Below are positions 1 to 15,504 of a stretch of 64,000 bases of DNA, piece after piece. The number at the start of each line of letters is the position of its first letter. Within the stretch, counting starts at the first letter, position 1. Below the pieces are notes generated by a model. The model was not told the origin of the DNA. It saw nothing but the letters and a program-made list of their open reading frames with translations, and made no database searches. The stretch spans positions 415,772,001 through 415,836,000 of the forward strand of contig OZ024741.1 of NCBI GenBank assembly GCA_964016885.1, written 5' to 3'. The translations under genes were made by a program, and so were the position numbers. The stretch is from Eledone cirrhosa. Taxonomy: Eukaryota.

Positions 1-3000
1 CTCTGTTATATTAACTGGGGCCTCTGTTATATTAACTGGGGCCTCTGTTATATTAACTGGGGCCTCCATTATATTAACTGGGGTCTCTGTTATATTAACT
101 GGGGTCTCTGTTATCTTAAATGGGGTTTCTGTTATATTAACTGGGGTCTCTGTTATATTAACTGGTGCCTCTGTTATATTAACTGGGGTCTCTGTTATAT
201 TAACTGGGGCCTCTGTTATATTAACTGGGGTCTCTGTTATATTAACTGGGGCCTCTGTTATATTAACTGGGCTCTCTGTTTTATTAACTGGGGTCTCTGT
301 TATATTAACTGAGGTCTCTGTTATATTAACTGGGGTCTCTGTTATATTAACTGAGGTCTCTGTTATATTAACTGGGGTCTCTATTATATTAACTGGGGTC
401 TCTGTTATATTAAGTGAGGTCTCTGTTATATTAACTGGGGCCTCTGTTATATTAAATGGGGTCTCTGATATATTAACTGGGGTCTCTGTTATATTAACTG
501 GGGCCTCTGTTATATTAACTGGGGCCTCTGTTATATTAACTGGGGCCTCTGTTATATTAAATGGGGTCTCTGTTATATTAACTGGCGCCTCTGTTATATT
601 AACTGGGGCCTCTGTTATATTAACTGGGGCCTCTGTTATATTAACTGGGGTCTCTGTTATATTAACTAGGGTCTCTGTTATATTAAATGGGGTCTCTGTT
701 ATATTAACTGGGGTCTCTGTTATATTAACTGATGCCTCTGTTATATTAACTGGGGTCTCTGTTATATTAACTGGGGCCTCTGTTATATTAACTGGGGCCT
801 CTGTTATATTAAATGGGGTCTCTGATATATTAACTGGGGCCTCCGTTATATTAACTGGGGTCTCTGTTATATTAACTGGGGTCTCTGTTATCTTAAATGG
901 GGTTTCTGTTATATTAACTGGGGTCTCTGTTATATTAACTGGGGCCTCTGTTATATTAACTGGGGCCTCTGTTATATTAACTGGGGGCTCTGTTATATTA
1001 ACTGGGGCCTCTGTTATATTAACTGGGCTCTCTGTTTTATTAACTGGGGTCTCTGTTATATTAACTGAGGTCTCTGTTATATTAACTGGGGTCTCTGTTA
1101 TATTAACTGAGGTCTCTGTTATATTAACTGGGGTCTCTATTATATTAACTGGGGTCTCTGTTCTATTAACTGAGGTCTCTGTTATATTAACTGGGGTATG
1201 TTATATTAACTGGGGTCTCTGTTATATTAACTGGGTTCTCTGTTATATTAACTGGGGTATGTTATATTAACTGGGGTCTCTGTTATATTAACTGGGGTCT
1301 CTGTTATATTAACTGGGGTATGTTATATTAACTGGGGTCTCTGTAATATTAACTCGGGCCTCTGTTATATTAACTGGGGCCTCTGATATATTAAATGGGG
1401 TCTCTGATATATTAACTGGGTTCTCTGTTATATTAACTGGGGTATGTTATATTAACTGGGGTCTCTGTTATATTAACTGGGGTATATTATATTAACTGGG
1501 GTCTCTGTTATATTAACTGGGGCCTCTGTTATATTAACTGGGGCCTCTGTTATATTAACTGGGGCCTCTGTTATATTAACTGGGGTCTCTGTTATATTAA
1601 CTGGGGTCTCTGTTATATTAACTGGGGCCTCTGTTATATTAACTGGGGCCTCTGTTATATTAAATGGGGTCTCTGTTATATTAACTGGCGCCTCTGTTAT
1701 ATTAACTGGGGTATGTTATATTAACTGGGGTCTCTGTAATATTAACTGGGGTCTCTATTATATTAACTGGGGTCTCTGTTATATTAACTGGGGTCTCTGT
1801 TATATTAACTGGGGTCTCTGTAATATTAACTGGGGTCTCTATTATATTAACTGGGTTCTCTGTTATATTAACTGGGGCCTCTGTTATATTAACTGGGGTC
1901 TCTGTTATATTAACTGGGGTCTCTGTTATATTAACTGGAATCGCTGTTATATTAACTGGGGCCTCTGTTATATTAACTGGGGTCTCTGTTATATTAACTG
2001 GGGTCTCTGTTATATTAACTGGGGCCTCAGTTATATTAACTGGGCTCTCTGTTTTATTAACTGGGGTCTCTGTTATATTAACTGAAGTCTCTGTTATATT
2101 AACTGGGGTCTCTGTTATGTTAACTGAGGTCTCTGTTATATTAACTGGGGTCTCTATTATATTAACTGGGGTCTCTGTTATATTAACTGGGGTCTCTGTT
2201 ATATTAACTGGGGTATGTTATATTAACTGGGGTCTCTGTTATATTAACTGGGTTCTCTGTTATATTAACTGGGGTATGTTATATTAACTGGGGTCTCTGT
2301 TATATTAACTGGGGTCTCTGTTATATTAACTGGGGTATGTTATATTAACTGGGGTCCCTGTAATATTAACTGGGGCCTCTGTTATATTAACTGGGGCCTC
2401 TGTTATATTAAATGGGGTCTCTGTTATATTAGCTGGGGCCTCTGTTATATTAACTGGGGTCTCTGTTACATTAAATGGGGTCTCTGTATATTAACTGGGG
2501 CCTCTGTAATATTAACTGGGGTCTGTTATATTAACTGGGGTCTCTGTTATATTAACTGGGGTCTCTGTTATATTAACTGGGGTCTCTATTACATTAACTA
2601 GGGTCTCTGTTATATTAACTGGGGCCTCTGTTATATTAACTGGGGCCTCTGTTATATTAAATGGGGTCTCTGTTATATTAACTGGCGCCTCTGTTATATT
2701 AACTGGGGCCTCTGTTATATTAACTGGGGCCTCTGTTATATTAACTGGGGTCTCTGATATATTAACTAGGGTCTCTGTTAAATTAAATGGGGTCTCTGTT
2801 ATATTAACTGGGGTCTCTGTTATATTAACTGGTGCCTCTGTTATATTAACTGGGGTCTCTGTTATATTAACTGGGGCCTCTGTTATATTAACTGGGGTCT
2901 CTGTTATATGAACTGGGGTATGTTATATTAACTGGGGTCTCTGTAATATTAACTGGGGTCTCTATTATATTAACTGGGGTCTCTGTTATATTAACTGGGG

Positions 3001-6000
3001 CCTCTGTTATATTAACTGGGGCCTCTGTTATATTAACTGGGGTCTCTGTTATATTAACTAGGGTCTCTGTTATATTAAATGGGGTCTCTGTTATATTAAC
3101 TGGGGTCTCTGTTATATTAACTGGTGCCTCTGTTATATTAACTGGGGTCTCTGTTATATTAACTGGGGCCTCTGTTATATTAACTGGGGCCTCTGTTATA
3201 TTAACTGGGGTCTCTGTTATATTAACTGGGGTCTCTGTTATATTAACTGGGGTATGTTATATTAACTGGGGTCTCTGTTATATTAACTGGGGCCACTGTT
3301 ATATTAACTGGGGCCTCTGTTATATTAACTGGGGCCTCTGTTATATTAAATGGGGTCTCTGATATATTAACTGGGGTCTCTGTTATATTAACTGGGCCCT
3401 CTGTTATATTAACTGGGGCCTCTGTTATATTAACTGGGGCCTCTGTTATATTAAATGGGGTCTCTGTTATATTAACTGGCGCCTCTGTTATATTAACTGG
3501 GGCCTCTGTTATATTAACTGGGGCCTCTGTTATATTAACTGGGGTCTCTGTTATATTAACTAGGGTCTCTGTTATATTAAATGGGGTCTCTGTTATATTA
3601 ACTGGGGTCTCTGTTATATTAACTGGTGCCTCTGTTATATTAACTGGGGTCTCTGTTATATTAACTGGGGCCTCTCTTATATTAACTGGGGCCTCTGTTA
3701 TATTAACTGGGGTCTCTGCTATATTAACTGGGGTCTCTGTTATATTAACTGGGGTATGTTATATTAACTGGGGTCTCTGTAATATTAACTGGGGTCTCTA
3801 TTATATTAACTGGGGTCTCTGTTATATTAACTGGGGCCCCTGTTATATTAACTGGGGCCTCTGTTATATTAACTGGGGTCTCTGTTATATTAACTAGGGT
3901 CTCTGTTATATTAAATGGGGTCTCTGTTATATTAACTGGGGTTTCTGTTATATTAACTGGGGTCTCTGTTATATTAACTGGTGCCTCTGTTATATTAACT
4001 GGGGTCTCTGTAATATTAACTGGGGTCTCTATTATATTAACTGGGGTGTCTGTTATATTAACTGGGGCCTCTGTTATATTAACTGGGGTCTCTGTTATAT
4101 TAACTGGGGCCTCTGTTATATTAACTGGGGCCTCTGTTATATTAACTGGGGCCTCCATTATATTAACTGGGGTCTCTGTTATATTAACTAGGGTCTCTGT
4201 TATCTTAAATGGGGTTTCTGTTATATTAACGGGGGTCTCTGTTATATTAACTGGTGCCTCTGTTATATTAACTGGGGTCTCTGTTATATTAACTGGGGCC
4301 TCTGTTATATTAACTGGGGTCTCTGTTATATTAACTGGGGCCTCTGTTATATTAACTGGGCTCTCTGTTTTATTAACTGGGGTCTCTGTTATATTAACTG
4401 AGGTCTCTGTTATATTAACTGGGGTCTCTGTTATATTAACTGAGGTCTCTGTAATATTAACTCGGGCCTCTGTTATATTAACTGGGGCCTCTGTTATATT
4501 AAATGGGGTCTCTGATATATTAACTGGGTTCTCTGTTATATTAACTGGGGTATGTTATACTAACTGGGGTCTCTGTTATATTAACTGGGGTATATTATAT
4601 TAACTGGGGTCTCTGTTATATTAACTGGGGCCTCTGTTATATTAACTGGGGCCTCTGTTATATTAACTGGGGCCTCTGTTATATTAACTGGGGCCTCTGT
4701 TATATTAACTGGGGTCTCTGTTATATTAACTGGGGCCTCTGTTATATTAACTGGGGTCTCTGTTATATTAACTGGTGCCTCTGTTATATTAACTGGGGTC
4801 TCTGTAATATTAACTGGGGTCTCCATTATATTAACTGGGGTGTCTGTTATATTAACTGGGGCCTCTGTTATATTAACTGGGGTCTCTGTTATATTAACTG
4901 GGGCCTCTGTTATATTAACTGGGCTCTCTGTTTTATTAACTGGGGTCTCTGTTATATTAACTGAGGTCTCTGTTATATTAACTGGGGTCTCTGTTATATT
5001 AACTGACGTCTCTGTTATATTAACTGGGGTCTCTATTATATTAACTGGGGTCTCTGTTCTATTAACTGAGGTCTCTGTTATATTAACTGGGGTATGTTAT
5101 ATTAACTGGGGTCTCTGTTATATTAACTGGGTTCTCTGTTATATTAACTGGGGTATGTTATATTAACTGGGGTCTCTGTTATATTAACTGGGGTCTCTGT
5201 TATATTAACTGGGGTATGTTATATTAACTGGGGTCTCTGTAATATTAACTCGGGCCTCTGTTATATTAACTGGGGCCTCTGTTATATTAAATGGGGTCTC
5301 TGATATATTAACTGGGTTCTCTGTTATATTAACTGGGGTATGTTATATTAACTGGGGTCTCTGTTATATTAACTGGGGTATATTATATTAACTGGGGTCT
5401 CTGTTATATTAACTGGGGCCTCTGTTATATTAACTGGGGCCTCTGTTATATTAACTGGGGCCTCTGTTATATTAAATGGGGTCTCTATTATATTAACTGG
5501 GGTCTCTGTTATATTAACTGGGGTCTCTGTTATATTAACTGGGGCCTCTGTTATATTAACTGGGGCCTCTGTTATATTAACTGGGGCCTCTGTTATATTA
5601 ACTGGGGTATGTTATATTAACTGGGGTCTCTGTAATATTAACTGGGGTCTCTATTATATTAACTGGGGTCTCTGTTATATTAACTGGGGTCTCTGTTATA
5701 TTAACTGGGGTCTCTGTAATATTAACTGGGGTCTCTATTATATTAACTGGGTTCTCTGTTATATTAACTGGGGCCTCTGTTATATTAACTGGGGTCTCTG
5801 TTATATTAACTGGGGTCTCTGTTATATTAACTGGAATCGCTGTTATATTAACTGGGGCCTCTGTTATATTAACTGGGGTCTCTGTTATATTAACTGTGGT
5901 CTCTGTTATATTAACTGGGGCCTCAGTTATATTAACTGGGCTCTCTGTTTTATTAACTGGGGTCTCTGTTATATTAACTGAAGTCTCTGTTATATTAACT

Positions 6001-9000
6001 GGGGTCTCTGTTATGTTAACTGAGGTCTCTGTTATATTAACTGGGGTCTCTATTATATTAACTGGGGTCTCTGTTATATTAACTGGGGTCTCTGTTATAT
6101 TAACTGGGGTATGTTATATTAACTGGGGTCTCTGTTATATTAACTGGGTTCTCTGTTATATTAACTGGGGTATGTTATATTAACTGGGGTCTCTGTTATA
6201 TTAACTAGGGTATGTTATATTAACTGGGGTTCCTGTAATATTAACTGGGGCCTCTGTTATATTAACTGGGGCCTCTGTTATATTAACTGGGGTCTCTGTT
6301 ATATTAACTGGTGCCTCTGTTATATTAACTGGGGTCTCTGTAATATTAACTGGGGTCTCTATTATATTAACTGGGGTGTCTGTTATATTAACTGGGGCCT
6401 CTGTTATATTAACTGGGGTCTCTGTTATATTAACTGGGGCCTCTGTTATATTAACTGGGGCCTCTGTTATATTAACTGGGGCCTCCATTATATTAACTGG
6501 GGTCTCTGTTATATTAACTGGGGTCTCTGTTATCTTAAATGGGGTTTCTGTTATATTAACTGGGGTCTCTGTTATATTAACTGGTGCCTCTGTTATATTA
6601 ACTGGGGTCTCTGTTATATTAACTGGGGCCTCTGTTATATTAACTGGGGTCTCTGTTATATTAACTGGGGCCTCTGTTATATTAACTGGGCTCTCTGTTT
6701 TATTAACTGGGGTCTCTGTTATATTAACTGAGGTCTCTGTTATATTAACTGGGGTCTCTGTTATATTAACTGAGGTCTCTGTTATATTAACTGGGGTCTC
6801 TATTATATTAACTGGGGTCTCTGTTATATTAACTGAGGTCTCTGTTATAATAACTGGGGCCTCTGTTATATTAAATGGGGTCTCTGATATATTAACTGGG
6901 GTCTCTGTTATATTAACTGGGGCCTCTGTTATATTAACTGGGGCCTCTGTTATATTAACTGGGGCCTCTGTTATATTAAATGGGGTCTCTGTTATATTAA
7001 CTGGCGCCTCTGTTATATTAACTGGGGCCTCTGTTATATTAACTGGGGCCTCTGTTATATTAACTGGGGTCTCTGTTATATTAACTAGGGTCTCTGTTAT
7101 ATTAAATGGGGTCTCTGTTATATTAACTGGGGTCTCTGTTATATTAACTGGTGCCTCTGTTATATTAACTGGGGTCTCTGTTATATTAACTGGGGCCTCT
7201 GTTATATTAACTGGGGCCTCTGTTATATTAAATGGGGTCTCTGATATATTAACTGGGGCCTCCGTTATATTAACTGGGGTCTCTGTTATATTAACTGGGG
7301 TCTCTGTTATCTTAAATGGGGTTTCTGTTATATTAACTGGGGTCTCTGTTATATTAACTGGGGCCTCTGTTATATTAACTGGGGCCTCTGTTATATTAAC
7401 TGGGGGCTCTGTTATATTAACTGGGGCCTCTGTTATATTAACTGGGCTCTCTGTTTTATTAACTGGGGTCTCTGTTATATTAACTGAGGTCTCTGTTATA
7501 TTAACTGGGGTCTCTGTTATATTAACTGAGGTCTCTGTTATATTAACTGGGTTCTCTATTATATTAACTGGGGTCTCTGTTCTATTAACTGAGGTCTCTG
7601 TTATATTAACTGGGGTATGTTATATTAACTGGGGTCTCTGTTATATTAACTGGGTTCTCTGTTATATTAACTGGGGTATGTTATATTAACTGGGGTCTCT
7701 GTTATATTAACTGCGGTCTCTGTTATATTAACTGGGGTATGTTATATTAACTGGGGTCTCTGTAATATTAACTCGGGCCTCTATTATATTAACTGGGGCC
7801 TCTGTTATATTAAATGGGGTCTCTGATATATTAACTGGGTTCTCTGTTATATTAACTGGGGTATGTTATATTAACTGGGGTCTCTGTTATATTAACTGGG
7901 GTATATTATATTAACTGGGGTCTCTGTTATATTAACTGGGGCCTCTGTTATATTAACTGGGGCCTCTGTTATATTAACTGGGGCCTCTGTTATATTAAAT
8001 GGGGTCTCTGTTATATTAACTGGGGTCTCTGTTATATTAACTGGGGTCTCTGTTATATTAACTGGGGCCTCTGTTATATTAACTGGGGCCTCTGTTATAT
8101 TAACTGGGGCCTCTGTTATATTAAATGGGGTCTCTGTTATATTAACTGGCGCCTCTGTTATATTAACTGGGGTATGTTATATTAACTGGGGTCTCTGTAA
8201 TATTAACTGGGGTCTCTATTATATTAACTGGGTTCTCTGTTATATTAACTGGGGCCTCTGTTATATTAACTGGGGTCTCTGTTATATTAACTGGGGTCTC
8301 TGTTATATTAACTGGAATCGCTGTTATATTAACTGGGGCCTCTGTTATATTAACTGGGGTCTCTGTTATATTAACTGGGGTCTCTGTTATATTAACTGGG
8401 GCCTCAGTTATATTAACTGGGCTCTCTGTTTTATTAACTGGGGTCTCTGTTATATTAACTGAAGTCTCTGTTATATTAACTGGGGTCTCTGTTATGTTAA
8501 CTGAGGTCTCTGTTATATTAACTGGGGTCTCTATTATATTAACTGGGGTCTCTGTTATATTAACTGGGGTCTCTGTTATATTAACTGGGGTATGTTATAT
8601 TAACTGGGGTCTCTGTTATATTAACTGGGTTCTCTGTTATATTAACTGGGGTATGTTATATTAACTGGGGTCTCTGTTATATTAACTGGGGTCTCTGTTA
8701 TATTAACTGGGGTATGTTATATTAACTGGGGTCCCTGTAATATTAACTGGGGCCTCTGTTATATTAACTGGGGCCTCTGTTATATTAAATGGGGTCTCTG
8801 TTATATTAGCTGGGGCCTCTGTTATATTAACTGGGGTCTCTGTTACATTAAATGGGGTCTCTGTATATTAACTGGGGCCTCTGTAATATTAACTCGGGTC
8901 TGTTATATTAACTGGGGTCTCTGTTATATTAACTGGGGTCTCTGTTATATTAACTGGGGTCTCTATTACATTAACTAGGGTCTCTGTTATATTAACTGGG

Positions 9001-12000
9001 GCCTCTGTTATATTAACTGGGGCCTCTGTTATATTAAATGGGGTCTCTGTTATATTAACTGGCGCCTCTGTTATATTAACTGGGGCCTCTGTTATATTAA
9101 CTGGGGCCTCTGTTATATTAACTGGGGTCTCTGATATATTAACTAGGGTCTCTGTTATATTAAATGGGGTCTCTGTTATATTAACTGGGGTCTCTGTTAT
9201 ATTAACTGGTGCCTCTGTTATATTAACTGGGGTCTCTGTTATATTAACTGGGGCCTCTGTTATATTAACTGGGGTCTCTGTTATATGAACTGGGGTATGT
9301 TATATTAACTGGGGTCTCTGTAATATTAACTGGGGTCTCTATTATATTAACTGGGGTCTCTGTTATATTAACTGGGGCCTCTGTTATATTAACTGGGGCC
9401 TCTGTTATATTAACTGGGGTCTCTGTTATATTAACTAGGGTCTCTGTTATATTAAATGGGGTCTCTGTTATATTAACTGGGGTCTCTGTTATATTAACTG
9501 GTGCCTCTGTTATATTAACTGGGGTCTCTGTTATATTAACTGGGGCCTCTGTTATATTAACTGGGGCCTCTGTTATATTAACTGGGGTCTCTGTTATATT
9601 AACTGGGGTCTCTGTTATATTAACTGGGGTATGTTATATTAACTGGGGTCTCTGTTATATTAACTGGGGCCACTGTTATATTAACTGGGGCCTCTGTTAT
9701 ATTAACTGGGGCCTCTGTTATATTAAATGGGGTCTCTGATATATTAACTGGGGTCTCTGTTATATTAACTGGGCCCTCTGTTATATTAACTGGGGCCTCT
9801 GTTATATTAACTGGGGCCTCTGTTATATTAAATGGGGTCTCTGTTATATTAACTGGCGCCTCTGTTATATTAACTGGGGCCTCTGTTATATTAACTGGGG
9901 CCTCTGTTATATTAACTGGGGTCTCTGTTATATTAACTAGGGTATCTGTTATATTAAATGGGGTCTCTGTTATATTAACTGGGGTCTCTGTTATATTAAC
10001 TGGTGCCTCTGTTATATTAACTGGGGTCTCTGTTATATTAACTGGGGCCTCTGTTATATTAACTGGGGCCTCTGTTATATTTACTGGGGTCTCTGCTATA
10101 TTAACTGGGGTCTCTGTTATATTAACTGGGGTATGTTATATTAACTGGGGTCTCTGTAATATTAACTGGGGTCTCTATTATATTAACTGGGGTCTCTGTT
10201 ATATTAACTGGGGCCCCTGTTATATTAACTGGGGCCTCTGTTATATTAACTGGGGTCTCTGTTATATTAACTAGGGTCTCTGTTATATTAAATGGGGTCT
10301 CTGTTATATTAACTGGGGTTTCTGTTATATTAACTGGGGTCTCTGTTATATTAACTGGTGCCTCTGTTATATTAACTGGGGTCTCTGTAATATTAACTGG
10401 GGTCTCTATTATATTAACTGGGGTGTCTGTTATATTAACTGGGGCCTCTGTTATATTAACTGGGGTCTCTGTTATATTAACTGGGGCCTCTGTTATATTA
10501 ACTGGGGCCTCTGTTATATTAACTGGGGCCTCCATTATATTAACTGGGGTCTCTGTTATATTAACTAGGGTTTCTGTTATATTAACGGGGGTCTCTGTTA
10601 TATTAACTGGTGCCTCTGTTATATTAACTGGGGTCTCTGTTATATTAACTGGGGCCTCTGTTATATTAACTGGGGTCTCTGTTATATTAACTGGGGCCTC
10701 TGTTATATTAACTGGGCTCTCTGTTTTATTAACTGGGGTCTCTGTTATATTAACTGAGGTCTCTGTTATATTAACTGGGGTCTCTGTTATATTAACTGAG
10801 GTCTCTGTAATATTAACTCGGGCCTCTGTTATATTAACTGGGGCCTCTGTTATATTAAATGGGGTCTCTGATATATTAACTGGGTTCTCTGTTATATTAA
10901 CTGGGGTATGTTATACTAACTGGGGCCTCTGTTATATTAACTGGGGTCTCTGTTATATTAACTGGGGCCTCTGTTATATTAACTGGGGTCTCTGTTATAT
11001 TAACTGGTGCCTCTGTTATATTAACTGGGGTCTCTGTAATATTAACTGGGGTCTCCATTATATTAACTGGGGTGTCTGTTATATTAACTGGGGCCTCTGT
11101 TATATTAACTGGGGTCTCTGTTATATTAACTGGGGCCTCTGTTATATTAACTGGGCTCTCTGTTTTATTAACTGGGGTCTCTGTTATATTAACTGAGGTC
11201 TCTGTTATATTAACTGGGGTCTCTGTTATATTAACTGACGTCTCTGTTATATTAACTGGGGTCTCTATTATATTAACTGGGGTCTCTGTTCTATTAACTG
11301 AGGTCTCTGTTATATTAACTGGGGTATGTTATATTAACTGGGGTCTCTGTTATATTAACTGGGTTCTCTGTTATATTAACTGGGGTATGTTATATTAACT
11401 GGGGTCTCTGTTATATTAACTGGGGTCTCTGTTATATTTACTGGGGTATGTTATATTAACTGGGGTCTCTGTAATATTAACTCGGGCCTCTGTTATATTA
11501 ACTGGGGCCTCTGTTATATTAAATGGGGTCTCTGATATATTAACTGGGTTCTCTGTTATATTAACTGGGGTATGTTATATTAACTGGGGTCTCTGTTATA
11601 TTAACTGGGGTATATTATATTAACTGGGGTCTCTGTTATATTAACTGGGGCCTCTGTTATATTAACTGGGGCCTCTGTTATATTAACTGGGGCCTCTGTT
11701 ATATTAAATGGGGTCTCTGTTATATTAACTGGGGTCTCTGTTATATTAACTGGGGTCTCTGTTATATTAACTGGGGCCTCTGTTATATTAACTGGGGCCT
11801 CTGTTATATTAACTGGGGCCTCTGTTATATTAAATGGGGTCTCTGTTATATTAACTGGCGCCTCTGTTATATTAACTGGGGTATGTTATATTAACTGGGG
11901 TCTCTGTAATATTAACTGGGGTCTCTATTATATTAACTGGGGTCTCTGTTATATTAACTGGGGTCTCTGTTATATTAACTGGGGTCTCTGTAATATTAAC

Positions 12001-12500
12001 TGGGGTCTCTATTATATTAACTGGGTTCTCTGTTATATTAACTGGGGCCTCTGTTATATTAACTGGGGTCTCTGTTATATTAACTGGGGTCTCTGTTATA
12101 TTAACTGGAATCGCTGTTATACTAACTGGGGCCTCTGTTATATTAACTGGGGTCTCTGTTATATTAACTGGGGTCTCTGTTATATTAACTGGGGCCTCAG
12201 TTATATTAACTGGGCTCTCTGTTTTATTAACTGGGGTCTCTGTTATATTAACTGAAGTCTCTGTTATATTAACTGGGGTCTCTGTTATGTTAACTGAGGT
12301 CTCTGTTATATTAACTGGGGTCTCTATTATATTAACTGGGGTCTCTGTTATATTAACTGGGGTCTCTGTTATATTAACTGGTGTATGTTATATTAACTGG
12401 GGTCTCTGTTATATTAACTGGGTTCTCTGTTATATTAACTGGGGTATGTTATATTAACTGGGGTCTCTGTTATATTAACTGGGGTCTCTGTTATATTAAC
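1..12500 (+). repeat. ~6.2-6.5 kb tandem block duplication (about 1-6200 vs 6420-12500) with whole-monomer indels
   Basis: Landmark offsets: GCCTCCATT 62/6481 and CTCCG 841/7260 (6419), GGCGCC 1687/8148 (6461), GGAATCGC 1937/8314 and identical ORFs 3745/10122 (6377), GGAATCGC 5833/12107 (6274). Confidence 0.8.
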
Positions 12501-15500
12501 TGGGGTATGTTATATTAACTGGGGTCCCTGTAATATTAACTGGGGCCTCTGTTATATTAACTGGGGCCTCTGGTATATTAAATGGGGTCTCTGTTATATT
12601 AGCTGGGGCCTCTGTTATATTAACTGGGGTCTCTGTTACATTAAATGGGGTCTCTGTATATTAACTGGGGCCTCTGTAATATTAACTGGGGTCTGTTATA
12701 TTAACTGGGGTCTCTGTTATATTAACTGGGGTCTCTGTTATATTAACTGGGGTCTCTATTACATTAACTAGGGTCTCTGTTATATTAACTGGGGCCTCTG
12801 TTATATTAACTGGGGCCTCTGTTATATTAAATGGGGTCTCTGTTATATTAACTGGCGCCTCTGTTATATTAACTGGGGCCTCTGTTATATTAACTGGGGC
12901 CTCTGTTATATTAACTGGGGTCTCTGATATATTAACTAGGGTCTCTGTTATATTAAATGGGGTCTCTGTTATATTAACTGGGGTCTCTGTTATATTAACT
13001 GGTGCCTCTGTTATATTAACTGGGGTCTCTGTTATATTAACTGGGGCCTCTGTTATATTAACTGGGGTCTCTGTTATATGAACTGGGGTATGTTATATTA
13101 ACTGGGGTCTCTGTAATATTAACTGGGGTCTCTATTATATTAACTGGGGTCTCTGTTATATTAACTGGGGCCTCTGTTATATTAACTGGGGCCTCTGTTA
13201 TATTAACTGGGGTCTCTGTTATATTAACTAGGTTCTCTGTTATATTAAATGGGGTCTCTGTTATATTAACTGGGGTCTCTGTTATATTAACTGGTGCCTC
13301 TGTTATATTAACTGGGGTCTCTGTTATATTAACTGGGGCCTCTGTTATATTAACTGGGGCCTCTGTTATATTAACTGGGGTCTCTGTTATATTAACTGGG
13401 GTCTCTGTTATATTAACTGGGGTATGTTATATTAACTGGGGTCTCTGTTATATTAACTGGGGCCACTGTTATATTAACTGGGGCCTCTGTTATATTAACT
13501 GGGGCCTCTGTTATATTAAATGGGGTCTCTGATATATTAACTGGGGTCTCTGTTATATTAACTGGGCCCTCTGTTATATTAACTGGGGCCTCTGTTATAT
13601 TAACTGGGGCCTCTGTTATATTAAATGGGGTCTCTGTTATATTAACTGGCGCCTCTGTTATATTAACTGGGGCCTCTGTTATATTAACTGGGGCCTCTGT
13701 TATATTAACTGGGGTCTCTGTTATATTAACTAGGGTCTCTGTTATATTAAATGGGGTCTCTGTTATATTAACTGGGGTCTCTGTTATATTAACTGGTGCC
13801 TCTGTTATATTAACTGGGGTCTCTGTTATATTAACTGGGGCCTCTGTTATATTAACTGGGGCCTCTGTTATATTAACTGGGGTCTCTGCTATATTAACTG
13901 GGGTCTCTGTTATATTAACTGGGGTATGTTATATTAACTGGGGTCTCTGTAATATTAACTGGGGTCTCTATTATATTAACTGGGGTCTCTGTTATATTAA
14001 CTGGGGCCCCTTTTATATTAACTGGGGCCTCTGTTATATTAACTGGGGTCTCTGTTATATTAACTAGGGTCTCTGTTATATTAAATGGGGTCTCTGTTAT
14101 ATTAACTGGGGTTTCTGTTATATTAACTGGGGTCTCTGTTATATTAACTGGTGCCTCTGTTATATTAACTGGGGTCTCTGTAATATTAACTGGGGTCCCT
14201 ATTATATTAACTGGGGTGTCTGTTATATTAACTGGGGCCTCTGTTATATTAACTGGGGTCTCTGTTATATTAACTGGGGCCTCTGTTATATTAACTGGGG
14301 CCTCTGTTATATTAACTGGGGCCTCCATTATATTAACTGGGGTCTCTGTTATATTAACTAGGGTCTCTGTTATCTTAAATGGGGTTTCTGTTATCTTAAA
14401 TGGGGTCTCTGTTATATTAACTGGTGCCTCTGTTATATTAACTGGGGTCTCTGTTATATTAACTGGGGCCTCTGTTATATTAACTGGGGTCTCTGTTATA
14501 TTAACTGGGGCCTCTGTTATATTAACTGGGCTCTCTGTTTTATTAACTGGGGTCTCTGTTATATTAACTGAGGTCTCTGTTATATTAACTGGGGTCTCTG
14601 TTATATTAACTGAGGTCTCTGTAATATTAACTCGGGCCTCTGTTATATTAACTGGGGCCTCTGTTATATTAAATGGGGTCTCTGATATATTAACTGGGTT
14701 CTCTGTTATATTAACTGGGGTATGTTATACTAACTGGGGTCTATGTTATATTAACTGGGGTATATTATATTAACTGGGGTCTCTGTTATATTAACTGGGG
14801 CCTCTGTTATATTAACTGGGGCCTCTGTTATATTAACTGGGGCCTCTGTTATATTAACTGGGGCCTCTGTTATATTAACTGGGGTCTCTGTTATATTAAC
14901 TGGGGCCTCTGTTATATTAACTGGGGTCTCTGTTATATTAACTGGTGCCTCTGTTATATTAACTGGGGTCTCTGTAATATTAACTGGGGTCTCCATTATA
15001 TTAACTGGGGTGTCTGTTATATTAACTGGGGCCTCTGTTATATTAACTGGGGTCTCTGTTATATTAACTGGGGCCTCTGTTATATTAACTGGGCTCTCTG
15101 TTTTATTAACTGGGGTCTCTGTTATATTAACTGAGGTCTCTGTTATATTAACTGGGGTCTCTGTTATATTAACTGACGTCTCTGTTATATTAACTGGGGT
15201 CTCTATTATATTAACTGGGGTCTCTGTTCTATTAACTGAGGTCTCTGTTATATTAACTGGGGTATGTTATATTAACTGGGGTCTCTGTTATATTAACTCG
15301 GTTCTCTGTTATATTAACTGGGGTATGTTATATTAACTGGGGTCTCTGTTATATTAACTGGGGTCTCTGTTATATTAACTGGGGTATGTTATATTAACTG
15401 GGGTCTCTGTAATATTAACTCGGGCCTCTGTTATATTAACTGGGGCCTCTGTTATATTAAATGGGGTCTCTGATATATTAACTGGGTTCTCTGTTATATT

Positions 15501-15504
15501 AACT

